Shown here in pieces: positions 12,715 to 24,161 of a stretch of 63,939 nucleotides of DNA. The notes beneath the pieces are model-generated. The model was not told the DNA's origin. It ran no database searches and saw only the letters and a list, made by a program, of their open reading frames with translations. The position numbers were made by a program, and so were the translations under genes. Position 1 is the first letter of the stretch, and each line of letters starts with the position of its first letter. Source of the stretch: Lama glama (lineage: Eukaryota); assembly GCA_028534125.1 (NCBI GenBank), contig CM052816.1:69504062-69568000 (forward strand), in the 5' to 3' direction.

Positions 12715-13185
12715 AATTAAGTTACTGGTTTGGCTGTTTTAATAACAATCAAAATAACAGTGACTTAAGCAGAATACGTTTCTATTTCATATCAGAATCT
12801 AAGCTGGTAGTCAGTTTAGAGTCTAGCTCTTTGTTTCACGAATCTTTTAGGGACGTAGGATCCTCTAGCATGTTGTTCCATTGCCTAGATTATTATACTT
12901 GTGTACAGGTTAAAGACGGCTCACCACTCCCATGTCTCTGTTAGTTTTTTGGGAAAGGGGGAGTGGAGGCCAAGTAGTTTAGTTTATGGGCTTGACCTGG
13001 AAGTTGCGCACATCCCTTACCCTCACTTCCCAAGTCCTGGAAGTTGAGTCTCATGACTGATCTCTGCAGAAGAGACTTGGAAATGGGGGCTTTGGGGCTT
13101 TGGTATGGAGCTAAGACTCTGTGGGTTCTATTCCTAACACGGAGAAGAGAATGGATATTGGGGGACAATTCACCGTCTCACGAGG
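12715..13185 (-). mobile_element. Old MLT1 (J/K-like) LTR
   Basis: Contains 'aaaataacagtgacttaagcagaata...ctggaagttgcgcacatc...gaagagaatggatattgggggacaa'. Confidence 0.65.
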
Positions 13186-14059
13186 AAATAAGCTAAGGCA
13201 GATGGATCCGTGCCTCAGCCATCAGGCTGGGCAGTGCACCTTGTGGAAGGTGTGTTGAAGAGTCAGCATTGCCTGCAGCCATTGTCAGTGCACGTGCTGC
13301 ATGAGCACACAGTGGGGCAGCAAAAGTGATTTCATGTTTGTTACAAGTCCAGCTTCTGATTGGATGGATAATTGAGGCTTTATGGGCCAAGATCAAATCT
13401 AGTGTTTTATTTACAAATATTAACATAAGTATTTTTGTCCGTAGACACATGCACACATGTGGTTAGTGTGCATTTTTATTTTGACATTTTTTATTTTAGA
13501 GGATATAAGTGGAGAGTTAGAGTCTAGAAAGTGAGATTTTATGATTCCTTATTTTCTTTAATAAAAAAAATAATGTTCTCAAGTAGAGTAAGAATATCTA
13601 GCTAATGGTGCTAACTTTCTTGGCAGGGGGATTTGAATTTTGGGGTTTAATGAACCCGTTGAGAGCCACAAATCTCCATCCTGTATATTTAAACAGTAAG
13701 AGAGTTACACTGTGACATGTGTGAGATGGACAGGACTGCCATATTTTTATCATCTTTGGAAATTGGAGCCCATTATAAGGGCAAGATAACATCTGTTCAG
13801 TTTGGGTGTTTTATTTTGGGGAATGCAGAGTGTACCCTTCCCTCTTACAATCACGTCTTGCTCGCTGCAGACCTTTGTGACTCCTGCGCGGCTCCTCCAG
13901 AGTGGCCCTCACTCTCCACCTCAGCGTTGCTCATGGCCTGTGCTTCCTTCCTTGGTGACTGGGCAACAGCCTATCCAGCAGCCACATCAGGAACTGGACT
14001 CAGTCCTCAGCTTTCTCCTGCCTCATCATCTTATCGGTCCCCAGGTTGGGGCTCTCTAG

Positions 14060-14705
14060 TCACCTCTCCTCTCTGCTGCTGTTCCCTAGGTTCTAGCACC
14101 ACCATTTTTCGCCTAGAAAACCCAAACAGCCTCCTGCTAGTTGGTCTTCCCTTTCTAGTCTTGCCGCCTCTCAATCCTTTTTTCTGTCTGCAACCAGCGT
14201 AGTCTCTGCAACGCAGATCTGCTTTTGCTGAAAACTTCTCAGTAGCCTCCCATTGCTCTTAAGTTAAAGTCCAGAATCCCTAACATAGTTTACCAGGTGC
14301 CCTGCAGAAGTTGGCCCTGCTTATCCATTTAGACTTCTCTCTCTGCCTCCTCTTCCATCTCCAGCACTGTATATTCCAGGCATACTCATCTATTTTCAGC
14401 TGCTGGTCTTCTCTCTCTCTCTCTCTCTTTTTAACTTCCAGCACTTTGTATGTGTATGTGCTATCTTCTCATCCTGGAATGTCAGCTGTCACCTCTTCTG
14501 GGAAGCCCTCCATGACCTCCAATACCTGGATTAAATGCTCTTTTTAGGTGTTCCTTTTCTTTGCACTCTAGAGTCCTTTACCAGCCGAAGTGCCTGTATT
14601 GTGCGGTCTTCGAATTGCCTGTTACTTGTTAATTTCTCTGTGTCAGCTCAGTGGGTTGGTGACCATGTTGTCCTGTCTGTCTAGTTCCCCCAGCACCCAA
14701 TGTTC
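14060..14705 (+). mobile_element. L2 LINE 3' region
   Basis: Contains 'aacagcctcctgctagttggtcttcc...cccattgctcttaagttaaagtccagaatccctaacat...tcacctcttctgggaagccctccatgacc...ccccagcacccaa'. Confidence 0.7.
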
Positions 14706-14714
14706 CTTTACCAC

Positions 14715-14945
14715 CATCATCATCGCTGCTGAAATTTACTGAGTACTTACTCAGTGTGCTAAGTCCTTTGTAGAGGAATTCATTGGACTGTACAATCTTG
14801 TGAAGGAGGCACTCTTATCTATAGAGAGGAAACTGTGGAGTAGTGTGGTTAAATATCTTTGCCATGTGGTAGAGACCAGATTTGGAGCTAGAATTTGAGT
14901 GGATTTATGCCGAATTCCAAGCCCTTAGCCACCAACACTTTGCTA
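14715..14945 (-). mobile_element. MIR SINE
   Basis: Contains 'atttactgagtacttact..gtgtgctaagtccttt...agagaggaaactgtgg..gtggttaaatatctttgcc'. Confidence 0.65.
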
Positions 14946-15029
14946 CTTTCCAGGCAATAGATGTTCAGTTTGAATTTGTTGAATTTAATCTAGAATAGTT
15001 TCTCAACATTTTCTTTTTCTTTTCTCTTT

Positions 15030-15235
15030 TTGTCTTTTGTTCATTGACATTTTTGAAAGGACCAGGCCAGTTATTTTGTAGAATGTCTTTCAGTTTAAAT
15101 TTGTGTAACTGTTTCATTGTGATTGGATTAATGTTAAGCATTTTTGGCAGGGACATTATGTAGGTGACATCACATCCTCAGTGCATCTTGTCACGGGTGC
15201 CGCGTACGATTTATCTCATCTTTGTTGATTGATAT
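15030..15235 (-). mobile_element. L1MC-type 3' UTR fragment
   Basis: Contains 'cattgacatttttgaa..accaggccagttattttgtagaatgtc...gcatttttggcagg'. Confidence 0.7.
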
Positions 15236-16399
15236 ATATTTTAAAGTTCATAATTACCCTAAATCTGAGGTTGATATTTTTCTAGATTTACCCAAAATTC
15301 ACAGACTGTACTCTTATTTGGAGGTTATAGTATCTTTTATGCACTTACAACATACTCTGTATCTTTTCATTATAACTTCATAGCGTATTTTGAGGTCCAG
15401 AAAGAGATCATCTGAATTGCTTGCTAAAGTTTCAGATTTTTTTTTTTTTAGACTTGGAATATTATCATCTAGGTAGAACCTTAGGGAGCATTTTCCTTCA
15501 TTTGGGTTTACCATGTTAATAAACAATGTGTTCTATGCCAAGTTTCTTTTGGTTAGGCTGTTACACAGTCGAAGGCAGGGTTAAGAGTTCTGCCTTCATG
15601 TTGTGTTCTGTCTCGTTATAGGTGACCCTTCTCACTCTGCTAGCTGCCTTCACTTCCAAGGCTTAATGGTATGAAATAGTGGCTATAACTGCAAGTCTAT
15701 TATCACTTGTGGAGAAGAAATTCTGATTATATATTCTTTGCTAACTCAACTTTATATATGAAATAGGACATTTCTCAGTTCTTGACTGTAGATACCCTAA
15801 TTTAAAAGACAAAACCAAAAAGAGAAACAGTAGAAAATTGACTAGTTAGATGCGGATCATTTTTTACAAAGGCCTTTGTAAAGTTTCTTTTGGTTATTAT
15901 CAATTGTAGCTGTGTGGTTAGGTGGAGGGGCTCTGTTCTTGATAAGCATTTAGAATCACTTAGGAACTTAAAATGTTTAATATTTTCCAATATAAATGAC
16001 ATAGTGGTCCCTTAACTAGAGGCTATCTGGTTGATGGAAATTTTCACCCTAGGAAATGCATATGTTTATGTTATCTCTTTTCACAGATGGTTGACTTTGT
16101 TTTCTTGGTAAGCGTTTAGTCCTCATGACTAGTTTTTTTTTTTTTTGATAGAGTAACTTGTTTTTGTCAGTTACTAAAAATTATTCTAGAATGCAGTCAC
16201 TATCAGGGGTATGGCTCACTCACATCCATAACTTGGCAACAAAATTGTGTTTCAGATTTTAAGCAGAGCCAACACATTAATATTATGTATCTAGAGGAGA
16301 ATATAATTTGACCCTGGTAATGACTTGGTCTTTGCTTTGCAGAACTCAAATTTATTTGAACATGGACATAAAATATTACACAAAGTGAATCTGAATGAG

Positions 16400-16715
16400 A
16401 GGTTTATGCTCATTGCTTACCAGAGAATCAGTCTGTGTCCTCTGTATTCCTTTGAGTTTAGCTAGGGCTCTGGCATGCAGTAGGTGCTCAATAACTTGAC
16501 TAAGTGGGTATATGGTTCCTTGGGCTGGGGAGAACAGAGTGCTTGGCCCAGGCTCCAGAAGGCTCGGGCAGCTCACACACATCTCACAGACTATGTACTC
16601 CCACTTGGAAGGTTCATAAAGGCAGGGAGTCTCACTGGTTCACTCTCGTACCTCCAGAACCTTGGTAAATGTCAGGTGTTCAGAAAATATTTGTGGAATG
16701 AATGAATAAATGAGT
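16400..16715 (+). mobile_element. Two L2 3'-end fragments
   Basis: Contains 'ctggcatgcagtaggtgctcaataa' and 'aggtgttcagaaaatatttgtggaatgaatgaataaatgagtgaa'. Confidence 0.65.
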
Positions 16716-17029
16716 GAACAGAGCTCCAATCAGTGTGTTGAAATTGGTAATACATGCCCCTGGGATACACAAAGACAGTCCAGGAGGTATGCAGGCATTG
16801 AGATGATGGTAAGGAAATCAGTGTCCCTCTGTGTAAATTCTTTTATCACCTCCCCTTTCACAACTACCTTACTTGCAGTTAGGAGAGTCCCTGCTCTCAC
16901 TTCTGCGGCTTGTCATGGTGCATTGGCCTCAGGTATAAAGACCTCCAGGGCACAAAACAAAGGAGAAATGCAAAATGTGGTGTTGGTGTTAAGAAAGTGA
17001 ATAACTAATACAACAGTTAAGTCATTTTC

Positions 17030-17720
17030 AGTTCTTTGGCCTCAATAAATTTGAAGGCAGATACACTCAAATTGTCAGCTGGTCACTAAAAATAACATTG
17101 CTAAGTCACAATGTGATTTTTGTCATACAACTAGGAGGAAGTTGAAGGAATCAAGTGATATCACTGTATCAAATCTTCTGTTCCCATCAACTTATTTATA
17201 AGGTCAAGTTTCTCAGGGCTTATATCTATATGTTAAAAACATGAAAAATAGAATTGATACTGAACCATATTTCTTATTCTAGTGACACATAATAATCCTT
17301 TATAGTCTATAAAATATATGTAGATAGCCTATGAATTAATCTAATAAAAATATGTGTTTCCAAACATTTTTACTTTTTATATTACTACGAATTTATTAAC
17401 ACTTATTACATTTTTGTTATCAATTGTGGACCAACAGTAATTTTATTAAACTAAATCCATAAGAAAAACATTTTTAAACATTTAAAACCTACGGTCACGG
17501 GGAATTTAAAATGTAAGACATCAATTACACACACAGTTCATCAGCAGGGAAACATGATGGAGTGATCAGTAAAAGATTTTCAAGCATAAAAATACATTAA
17601 AATCGGGGATATGGAAAAGATATGAATTTGAGAAGGGAAGGATAAAAAAGATGTAAGAGTTAATAGAAGTTTGTTTTGTTTAAAAAATGAATCATGTTTT
17701 TCAATTTTCTGATATTTAGA
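17030..17720 (+). mobile_element. hAT-Charlie DNA transposon remnant
   Basis: Contains 'aaatcttctgttcccatcaacttattta...gtttctcagggctt...aaaaacatgaaaaatagaattgatactgaacc', which resembles the Charlie transposase C-terminus (LLPFPSTYLCExxFS...KxRNRLD), followed by an AT-rich end. Confidence 0.5.
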
Positions 17721-17789
17721 GCTTTTTATCCATGTAAGAGATAAATAGTTTTATTTATAAATGAGAATAATTACAACAAGTTGGAGTGT

Positions 17790-18095
17790 AAACAGTGACT
17801 TGATAGTTAGTGTCCAGGAGATACGAGTGGATGGTAATGCCTCTATCTGATACAGGGAACACAGAGAAGGAGTATTTGGGGAGCAAAGATGACATTGGCT
17901 TTAGATGTCTGAGTCGGAGGTGCCATGTTGGAAATACATTCTTAGAGCCCAAGGGCAGTGTTAGAATTGGAGATTTGTAAAGTTAGGGCCTCTGTTTCTT
18001 TGGTTCACTACACTATCCCTGTTGCTCAGAACACTGCCTGACCCAAAGTAAACATTCAGTAAATATTTGTTGGATGAGTAGTTGGGTGGATGGAT
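17790..18095. mobile_element. L2 fragments (antisense, then a sense 3' end)
   Basis: Contains 'gtggatggtaatgcctctatctga..agggaacacag...ttagatgtctgagt' and 'agaacactgcctgaccca.agtaaacattcagtaaatatttgttggatgagt'. Confidence 0.6.
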
Positions 18096-19299
18096 GTAAT
18101 TTTGGAAGTACTCCAAATATAGAGGATTGCTGTTTTACCCTTTGCCTCATTGGTTCATTACGTGCCTTGGTCTACTTTTCCTGTTTCCTTTCTCCATGGG
18201 GCCCATTGGGTTCTGGACAATGGGCTGGAAAGCATACATTCATCTTCCTTACTATTTTATACTCCATGATTGAAATACTATCTTTTCCTTCCTTTGTCTT
18301 TTAAAATTTGTGATTCCCTTTTTCTGTCATTTCTTTGTGGGTAGAAAAAAATGTTAAACTTCATTTGCTTCATTATATTTTAATGCTCTCTAATCTTGTT
18401 TTATTTGTTAAGAATAACAATGATAGATTAACTGGGACGTTTCAACTGTCACTCTTCAGCTTTATCTGGTACAGGTTCAAAATGCAACTTAATAATTAGA
18501 GTTGAGTCTCACAAAACCATTAATAGTAGAATTTTTTGTACTTTCATTTTTTATAAATGCATAATTCACTTTAATCCATGATTGATGATAAAAAGAAAAA
18601 AGAAAAAACAGTGCTATGCCATTGGCCCTGTAATCTCTGCCTTAACATTTTCCCAACAATTGTAGGCAGTAATGTGGAAAATATGCTATATTGTTATCCT
18701 AGTTTCCCACCCCATCACATGAATTCAACCTCGATGAAAAGATAAGCCAAAAGTTTTACTGCTTAGTGACTCCCTTTGTGTTCATTATGTTCCCAAATGC
18801 TACTTTCTGTTGTGGGTGCCTGGCGAGAGGAATTAAAGTGCCTGTTCCTTTCATTGAATTTCATCATCTCATTTCCTGTCTAAACTTAATTTGATAGGAT
18901 CACAGGCTGAATTTTTTGTGTGTCAGGGGTGGGGTGGGGGTACTAAGCTAATGTAGGACTTAGATAAAACTTTTAACAGATGTAGAACTTGAAAAATGTT
19001 CATTTTAATGAGATCACATGAAGAGTACTTGGCTTTGCTTGGCAGGCTGGAAAGATCACTGTACTTTACCATAATTTGATTTATGAAGGATAGGAGAAAA
19101 AAACTGCTGTCATAGGAAGAAAGAACAAAACCCAGCAGTCCAAACATGGGATATGAAATAAGAATATAGTTATTGACAAAGAAATGAAAATAGATAACTG
19201 GGGTTTGTCATATTTTAGGGAAGAGAGTTTTTCAGTAGTGGGTCCTTGGAGGGTCTAAAAATCAAAGCTGTAGAGTCAGGTGGATTTGTGAATTGCAAA

Positions 19300-19430
19300 G
19301 GCAGGTTCTGATTTAGGCCCTGCTGTTTACTTGAATGATGTTGGGCAAAATACCTTGTAATCTGGGCCTTGTTTTTCTCATCTGAAAATGATGAAATTGT
19401 CACTGAAAATCACCTGATCATCCCCCAGTT
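19300..19430 (+). mobile_element. MIR fragment
   Basis: Contains 'ttgggcaaaataccttgtaatctgggccttgtttttctcatctgaaaatga'. Confidence 0.55.
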
Positions 19431-19955
19431 CTGCTTCTTGTGAATCTAGCCTCATTTGTAAAGCAGCATTGAAACCAGAAACTTAGACGGTGGCTTGAAT
19501 CTTAGGAAAAGAGGTTGTTGCAGAGAGGCAGGAATACCCATTTGAATTTAGGACTCTGTATGGGAAATGGGTGTTTTTTATATAGACAGGTTTGTTGGGA
19601 AAATGGGTTTCTTATATGAGAGAGTTTGAGATAGCAGATCGTGAAGAGAAATGGCCCTTAATATGCGTTTAAACGTCATCTCAGAGGACATTTTCTAATG
19701 TTGACTTAATGATTTTCAGGGGACACCTTGTATTGGATACATGCATTATAGTAGATAAATGTAGCACATTAAGTATTAATTTATTAAACCATTAATTTAA
19801 ACATAGCACATTATCCTCTGAGACACATTAATGTGAAACCTCAACTTGATGGGAACCTAATTAACCAGAGTCTTATTGGAATTTTTCCTTACTCATTCCT
19901 AGGTGATAAAAGCAAATGACTCTTCCTATTCCCCCTAAAAAGAGGTGGTGGTAAT

Positions 19956-19956
<1 letters not shown>

Positions 19957-19995
<39 letters not shown>

Positions 19996-19999
19996 TGTG
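19957..19999. repeat. (GT)n microsatellite
   Basis: About 18 perfect GT units followed by a short degenerate tail. Confidence 0.97.
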
Positions 20000-20233
20000 C
20001 ACGTGCGGGAAGAGGGAGGAGAATGATTAGCTTTGTAACCTGAGTAACAAGTTAAGTATGGGATAATCCACTTACCTGTCCTGAACCTCAGCTTTCTGCT
20101 ACATAAAAGGAGAAAACTAGACTAGATATTCTCTAAGGATATTTTTGGTACATATGCTGTACAATTATAAATGTGATAAATTAAAACTCAGACTACTGAA
20201 GTTCTCCAGGTTTGTTGCATATTTAGTCCCAAT

Positions 20234-20733
20234 NNNNNNNNNNNNNNNNNNNNNNNNNNNNNNNNNNNNNNNNNNNNNNNNNNNNNNNNNNNNNNNNNNN
20301 NNNNNNNNNNNNNNNNNNNNNNNNNNNNNNNNNNNNNNNNNNNNNNNNNNNNNNNNNNNNNNNNNNNNNNNNNNNNNNNNNNNNNNNNNNNNNNNNNNNN
20401 NNNNNNNNNNNNNNNNNNNNNNNNNNNNNNNNNNNNNNNNNNNNNNNNNNNNNNNNNNNNNNNNNNNNNNNNNNNNNNNNNNNNNNNNNNNNNNNNNNNN
20501 NNNNNNNNNNNNNNNNNNNNNNNNNNNNNNNNNNNNNNNNNNNNNNNNNNNNNNNNNNNNNNNNNNNNNNNNNNNNNNNNNNNNNNNNNNNNNNNNNNNN
20601 NNNNNNNNNNNNNNNNNNNNNNNNNNNNNNNNNNNNNNNNNNNNNNNNNNNNNNNNNNNNNNNNNNNNNNNNNNNNNNNNNNNNNNNNNNNNNNNNNNNN
20701 NNNNNNNNNNNNNNNNNNNNNNNNNNNNNNNNN
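20234..20733. other. Assembly gap of exactly 500 N
   Basis: A run of 500 N; the round number indicates a placeholder. Confidence 0.99.
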
Positions 20734-22694
20734 GCATTACAATCTGGTTGTTGGTCTGGAGTGAGAAAGCTTTTTGTAAATTAAAAGCAACGTTGTAATT
20801 AGGTTATAATGTTATAAGAACATATTACAGCGTTACATACTACTGATGGTCCTGTTTGTTGGAGAACAGATGACTTGGTCATTCTATATGTTTCTATTTT
20901 CTCAGAAATACAGAAGATTCATTTACCTCCCTTGCAGTGTATAAGAGACAGTTGACTTTTGAATGTGTCCTCTTAACCATGAAGGCCTGCTAAGATCCTG
21001 GGCTGTTTTCTTTCTCCCACTCCCCTCTAAACTATGTTTAGATTTCCCTTGTGATCCACTTCAGAAAATTTCAACTAATATCAGTGTTGGGAAGAGGGAG
21101 GTGTGCAGGGTAAGTCAAGTAACAGACAGTTTGGTTCCTGCAAAATCAGGTATTTAATCCTGAAAAGAAATGATTTAGGGTTATCAGTGGTTTTTTTGGT
21201 TTACTGTATATCTATGCCACTGGCATGGATACTCAGGAATCGGTAATAGAACTGTTTGACAGTAGCTAACCTCAAGGTCAAGAGTGTATGTGTGTATGTG
21301 TGTTGGCAGTGGTGAGAGGAATGTGGTCCTGCCTATGTGTGGATGCCTCTTGGGTCACACCAGGCTGTCTGCTTCTTGTTTAGATTCCTGATAGGGGCTG
21401 GACTGGCGCTGAACTACCCCAGGTACACTCTGCTAGGCTCCCTCTGGTTGTGGGCCACGCTGTCCTGAACTCACAGCTGAGAGCAGAGCTGGGCTGGGGT
21501 CAGGGCTGGTGTCGCTGCTGGAAAATGAGGGTGGAAGTCACTGGCTGTCTGGACTGAATGCAGTGTGGCCATTCTCTTTTGGACTAGTCTATACAGGTTT
21601 TATGTCTCAAAAGGTGTGTGCCCTGCACAGCCTCCGACAGCTACCTCTGGATCATGGCTTTCCATTTCTCCTGCTGTGTCACCCTCTCCCCACCTCATCT
21701 TGGCCCAAGGGGCTCTGGGTGGGTGCTTTGGGTCTGCAGTCCTGATTTTTCTCAGCAGCTCTGGCTTGATCACTGACTCTTAGGGAGAACCTGGGCTTTC
21801 TTTTTCAAACCCCTGTGCCTCCACCCCACTTCTTGTCTGAATGGCTTTCCATTGTTCCAGAGGATCTTGAACTGCCTTGAGGACATTGGCCCAAGCCTGA
21901 GTTCAAGGGCCCTGGGGGTTTGCATATTCTGGAGCTGTGCTGGGGACAATGAGGGAATTATACTTGGATTTGGGATCAGTTTGTGCTTCAGGACTTCCAA
22001 GAGAAGGTAGGTGCTCTTCGAATGTCCCTCTTTAAATTAGTAATTGTTCTTTTCTCAACACCCTGATTTTCTTGTTAATTGTAAGCAGCTTCAGATCCTT
22101 TTTTGTTTTAAATGGGGCTAGCTAGAAGTAATACATGAATAAGACAAAGACTGGAATGCCCCTCTGGGAGTATCTGTCTGTAGCAGGAGGATGGGTTGAT
22201 TTCTGGAGCATGTTAAGCAGCAGCAGCCTGTGGTTCTGAGTCTGGCTGGCTTAGCTGGTGTCTACAAACAGTTCCCCTACCTCCACTTAAGTATGTTTTG
22301 CAAACAAAAGGTGTTATTGTTGTGGCAGCAAATAATGTAAGTCAATACTCCCGTGTTTACATACAGCTCCGAAAAGAATCCAGCAGGAGGGAAGAAACCA
22401 ACAATTGTGGTCTGAAAACAAGTACCTATCCCTGTTTTGCTGGCAGCCCTTTCTCTGTGTGGGCTTAGAAAGGGGGCTGGTTTTTTACCAACAGGAAACC
22501 ATTTACCTCTTCACTTCCAAGCAACCAGATACTTGGGTTATTTCCTACCCAAAATGTTGGAATTTCTTCTTAATTTTGAAAGTAATACATGATCATGGCA
22601 AAAAATGAATCAAACAGCCCACCTGCTTATTTATGTTGAAGTTGGCTCCACTCTGGTCACTGGCCCTGACTCAGCCCCTTAGATCCAAAGCCTA

Positions 22695-23203
22695 TGTCGA
22701 CTGTGTTAAAATGCACAACCTATAAGTTGAGAGTTGCATTTTATTTGGTGGATTTTCTGAGGGCTTGATCCTGGGAAGCAACCTCTCAGATCGCTCTAAG
22801 AGACTATTCTGCCGAGGCAGGGGAGGAGACAGGATATATAGGAGTTTTTGCAACAAAGACCAGGTAGTTGGAACATCAGAAGATTACTGTTAATTAAGGA
22901 AAACCAGATATTTCAAGTTAAGGAATTTAGCACTTTACTCTATATGGGAAGGTGTAAAGGTCTGGGCTCACTGAAATCATTCCTTTCATATGCACCTAAC
23001 TGTCTAGGGCCAGTATCTTGTTCTTTCCCATCCTGAGTCCCCTCAGGGTGGACCGTTGTGGGTGGCAGCATAGGCCCAGCTGCCTGCTTATCTGCATCCT
23101 GAGTTCCCTCTGCTCACTGTTGGGGGCAGTGGTAGTGACTGATGACTTGATGGCCACAGCATCCTTTGTTTACGGAGATGGCTGACATTATTTTTCATTC
23201 ACA
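22695..23203 (-). mobile_element. ERV1 solo LTR, artiodactyl MER41-like (second copy)
   Basis: 509 bp with TG...CA ends and a perfect 4-bp TSD CCTA (22691-22694 and 23204-23207). It is colinear with 4865-5373. Confidence 0.88.
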
Positions 23204-23434
23204 CCTACAAGGATGATTTAGCTTCCAAATAGAAATTCCTAGTCGAGAGGAATTTGGCCCAGGTTTCTTTCCAGCTCAAGTCACAAGTCAGGTGTTGGTA
23301 GAGTCCCTCTTGGGTGAAGGATTTGTCTCTGGATCAGTCTGCTGGGCCTTGGTTTGGGGTGGGATTGCCCTAGTGGAGGGCATGGGCAGGGTAGGCAATA
23401 ATTCATTTCTAATATAAACAGTTATGATTAATTC

Positions 23435-23810
23435 TGTAACGTAAGTTCCTAGATGTGAAATTATTGAATCAAAAGTATGGACCATGTTAAGGTTTTTTTC
23501 TTCCCCCCTTCCCAGTACATATTATTAGTATCCTTGTATATGTACAGAAACATACACTCCATACTTTCGCCAATGAGGCATGCAAGTGACTGCCCTCTTG
23601 TAGATCTTATCTCAACTCTAGATATTATAAACTGAAACAAAACAAAATCTTTACCATCTAAGATAAAATATTGTGTTGATTTTTTAATATCTTTTCTTGA
23701 ATTAATAACAATTTTTAATTTGCACTTTTACTTCTGAATTGAACTTTTCCATGCATGTATAGGGTGACTAGTATATTTTAAACTCTTTACATTACCCTTT
23801 GTTTCTATTC
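23435..23810 (-). mobile_element. Ancient L1ME fragment
   Basis: Contains 'agttcctagatgtgaaattattgaatcaaaagtatg...ttttaatttgcacttt...ttgaacttttccatg'. Confidence 0.55.
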
Positions 23811-23822
23811 CTTTTCAGTGTC

Positions 23823-24161
23823 TGTTAAAAGAAACTGAGGCATATTTAAAAATTTAAGGGTTTATGTGAGCAATTATTAAACTGGGCCACACCAAACCAG
23901 AAGTGGTTAGGAGCAGTCCACTGACAGGAACTAGTGGAGAGGCTTTTATAGAGAAGAGGCAAAAGCAGAACAAGGAAATTACTTGATTGGCTGTAGTTAA
24001 AATGGTTGCATTATAGGGGAAAGCCTAGTTGGCTCTTTACGATCAGTTGACCTTGGGTGTTGATTTCTAAGCGTTTCAGGCATAGGTTTGGGTTTGTTTA
24101 GGGAGGCTACTAAGGCATTTAAGCCAAGGTCTAATGGCTTTCTTGTTTAATTAATTTAATA
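23823..24161 (-). mobile_element. ERV1-class solo LTR (about 340 bp)
   Basis: It starts TGTTAA and ends TTAATA (about TTAACA). On the - strand it carries a TATA box (ttttata), a CCAAT box (gattgg) and a degenerate poly(A) signal in LTR order. Confidence 0.7.

Noticed and set aside
9914..14202. Longer ORFs at 9914-10396 and 13717-14202 (also 31719-32159, 43959-44417 and 50608-51147 elsewhere)
   Set aside because: They have Leu/Ser/Phe/Cys-rich random composition and no domain similarity that I recognise. Several overlap L2 or MLT1 repeats.
20145..20798. 217-aa and 190-aa ORFs
   Set aside because: They are open only because they span the N gap.
4865..23203. Full provirus bounded by the two MER41-like LTRs
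   Set aside because: Each LTR has its own TSD. The interval is too long, has no gag/pol/env similarity and is full of older MIR, L2 and MLT1 repeats.
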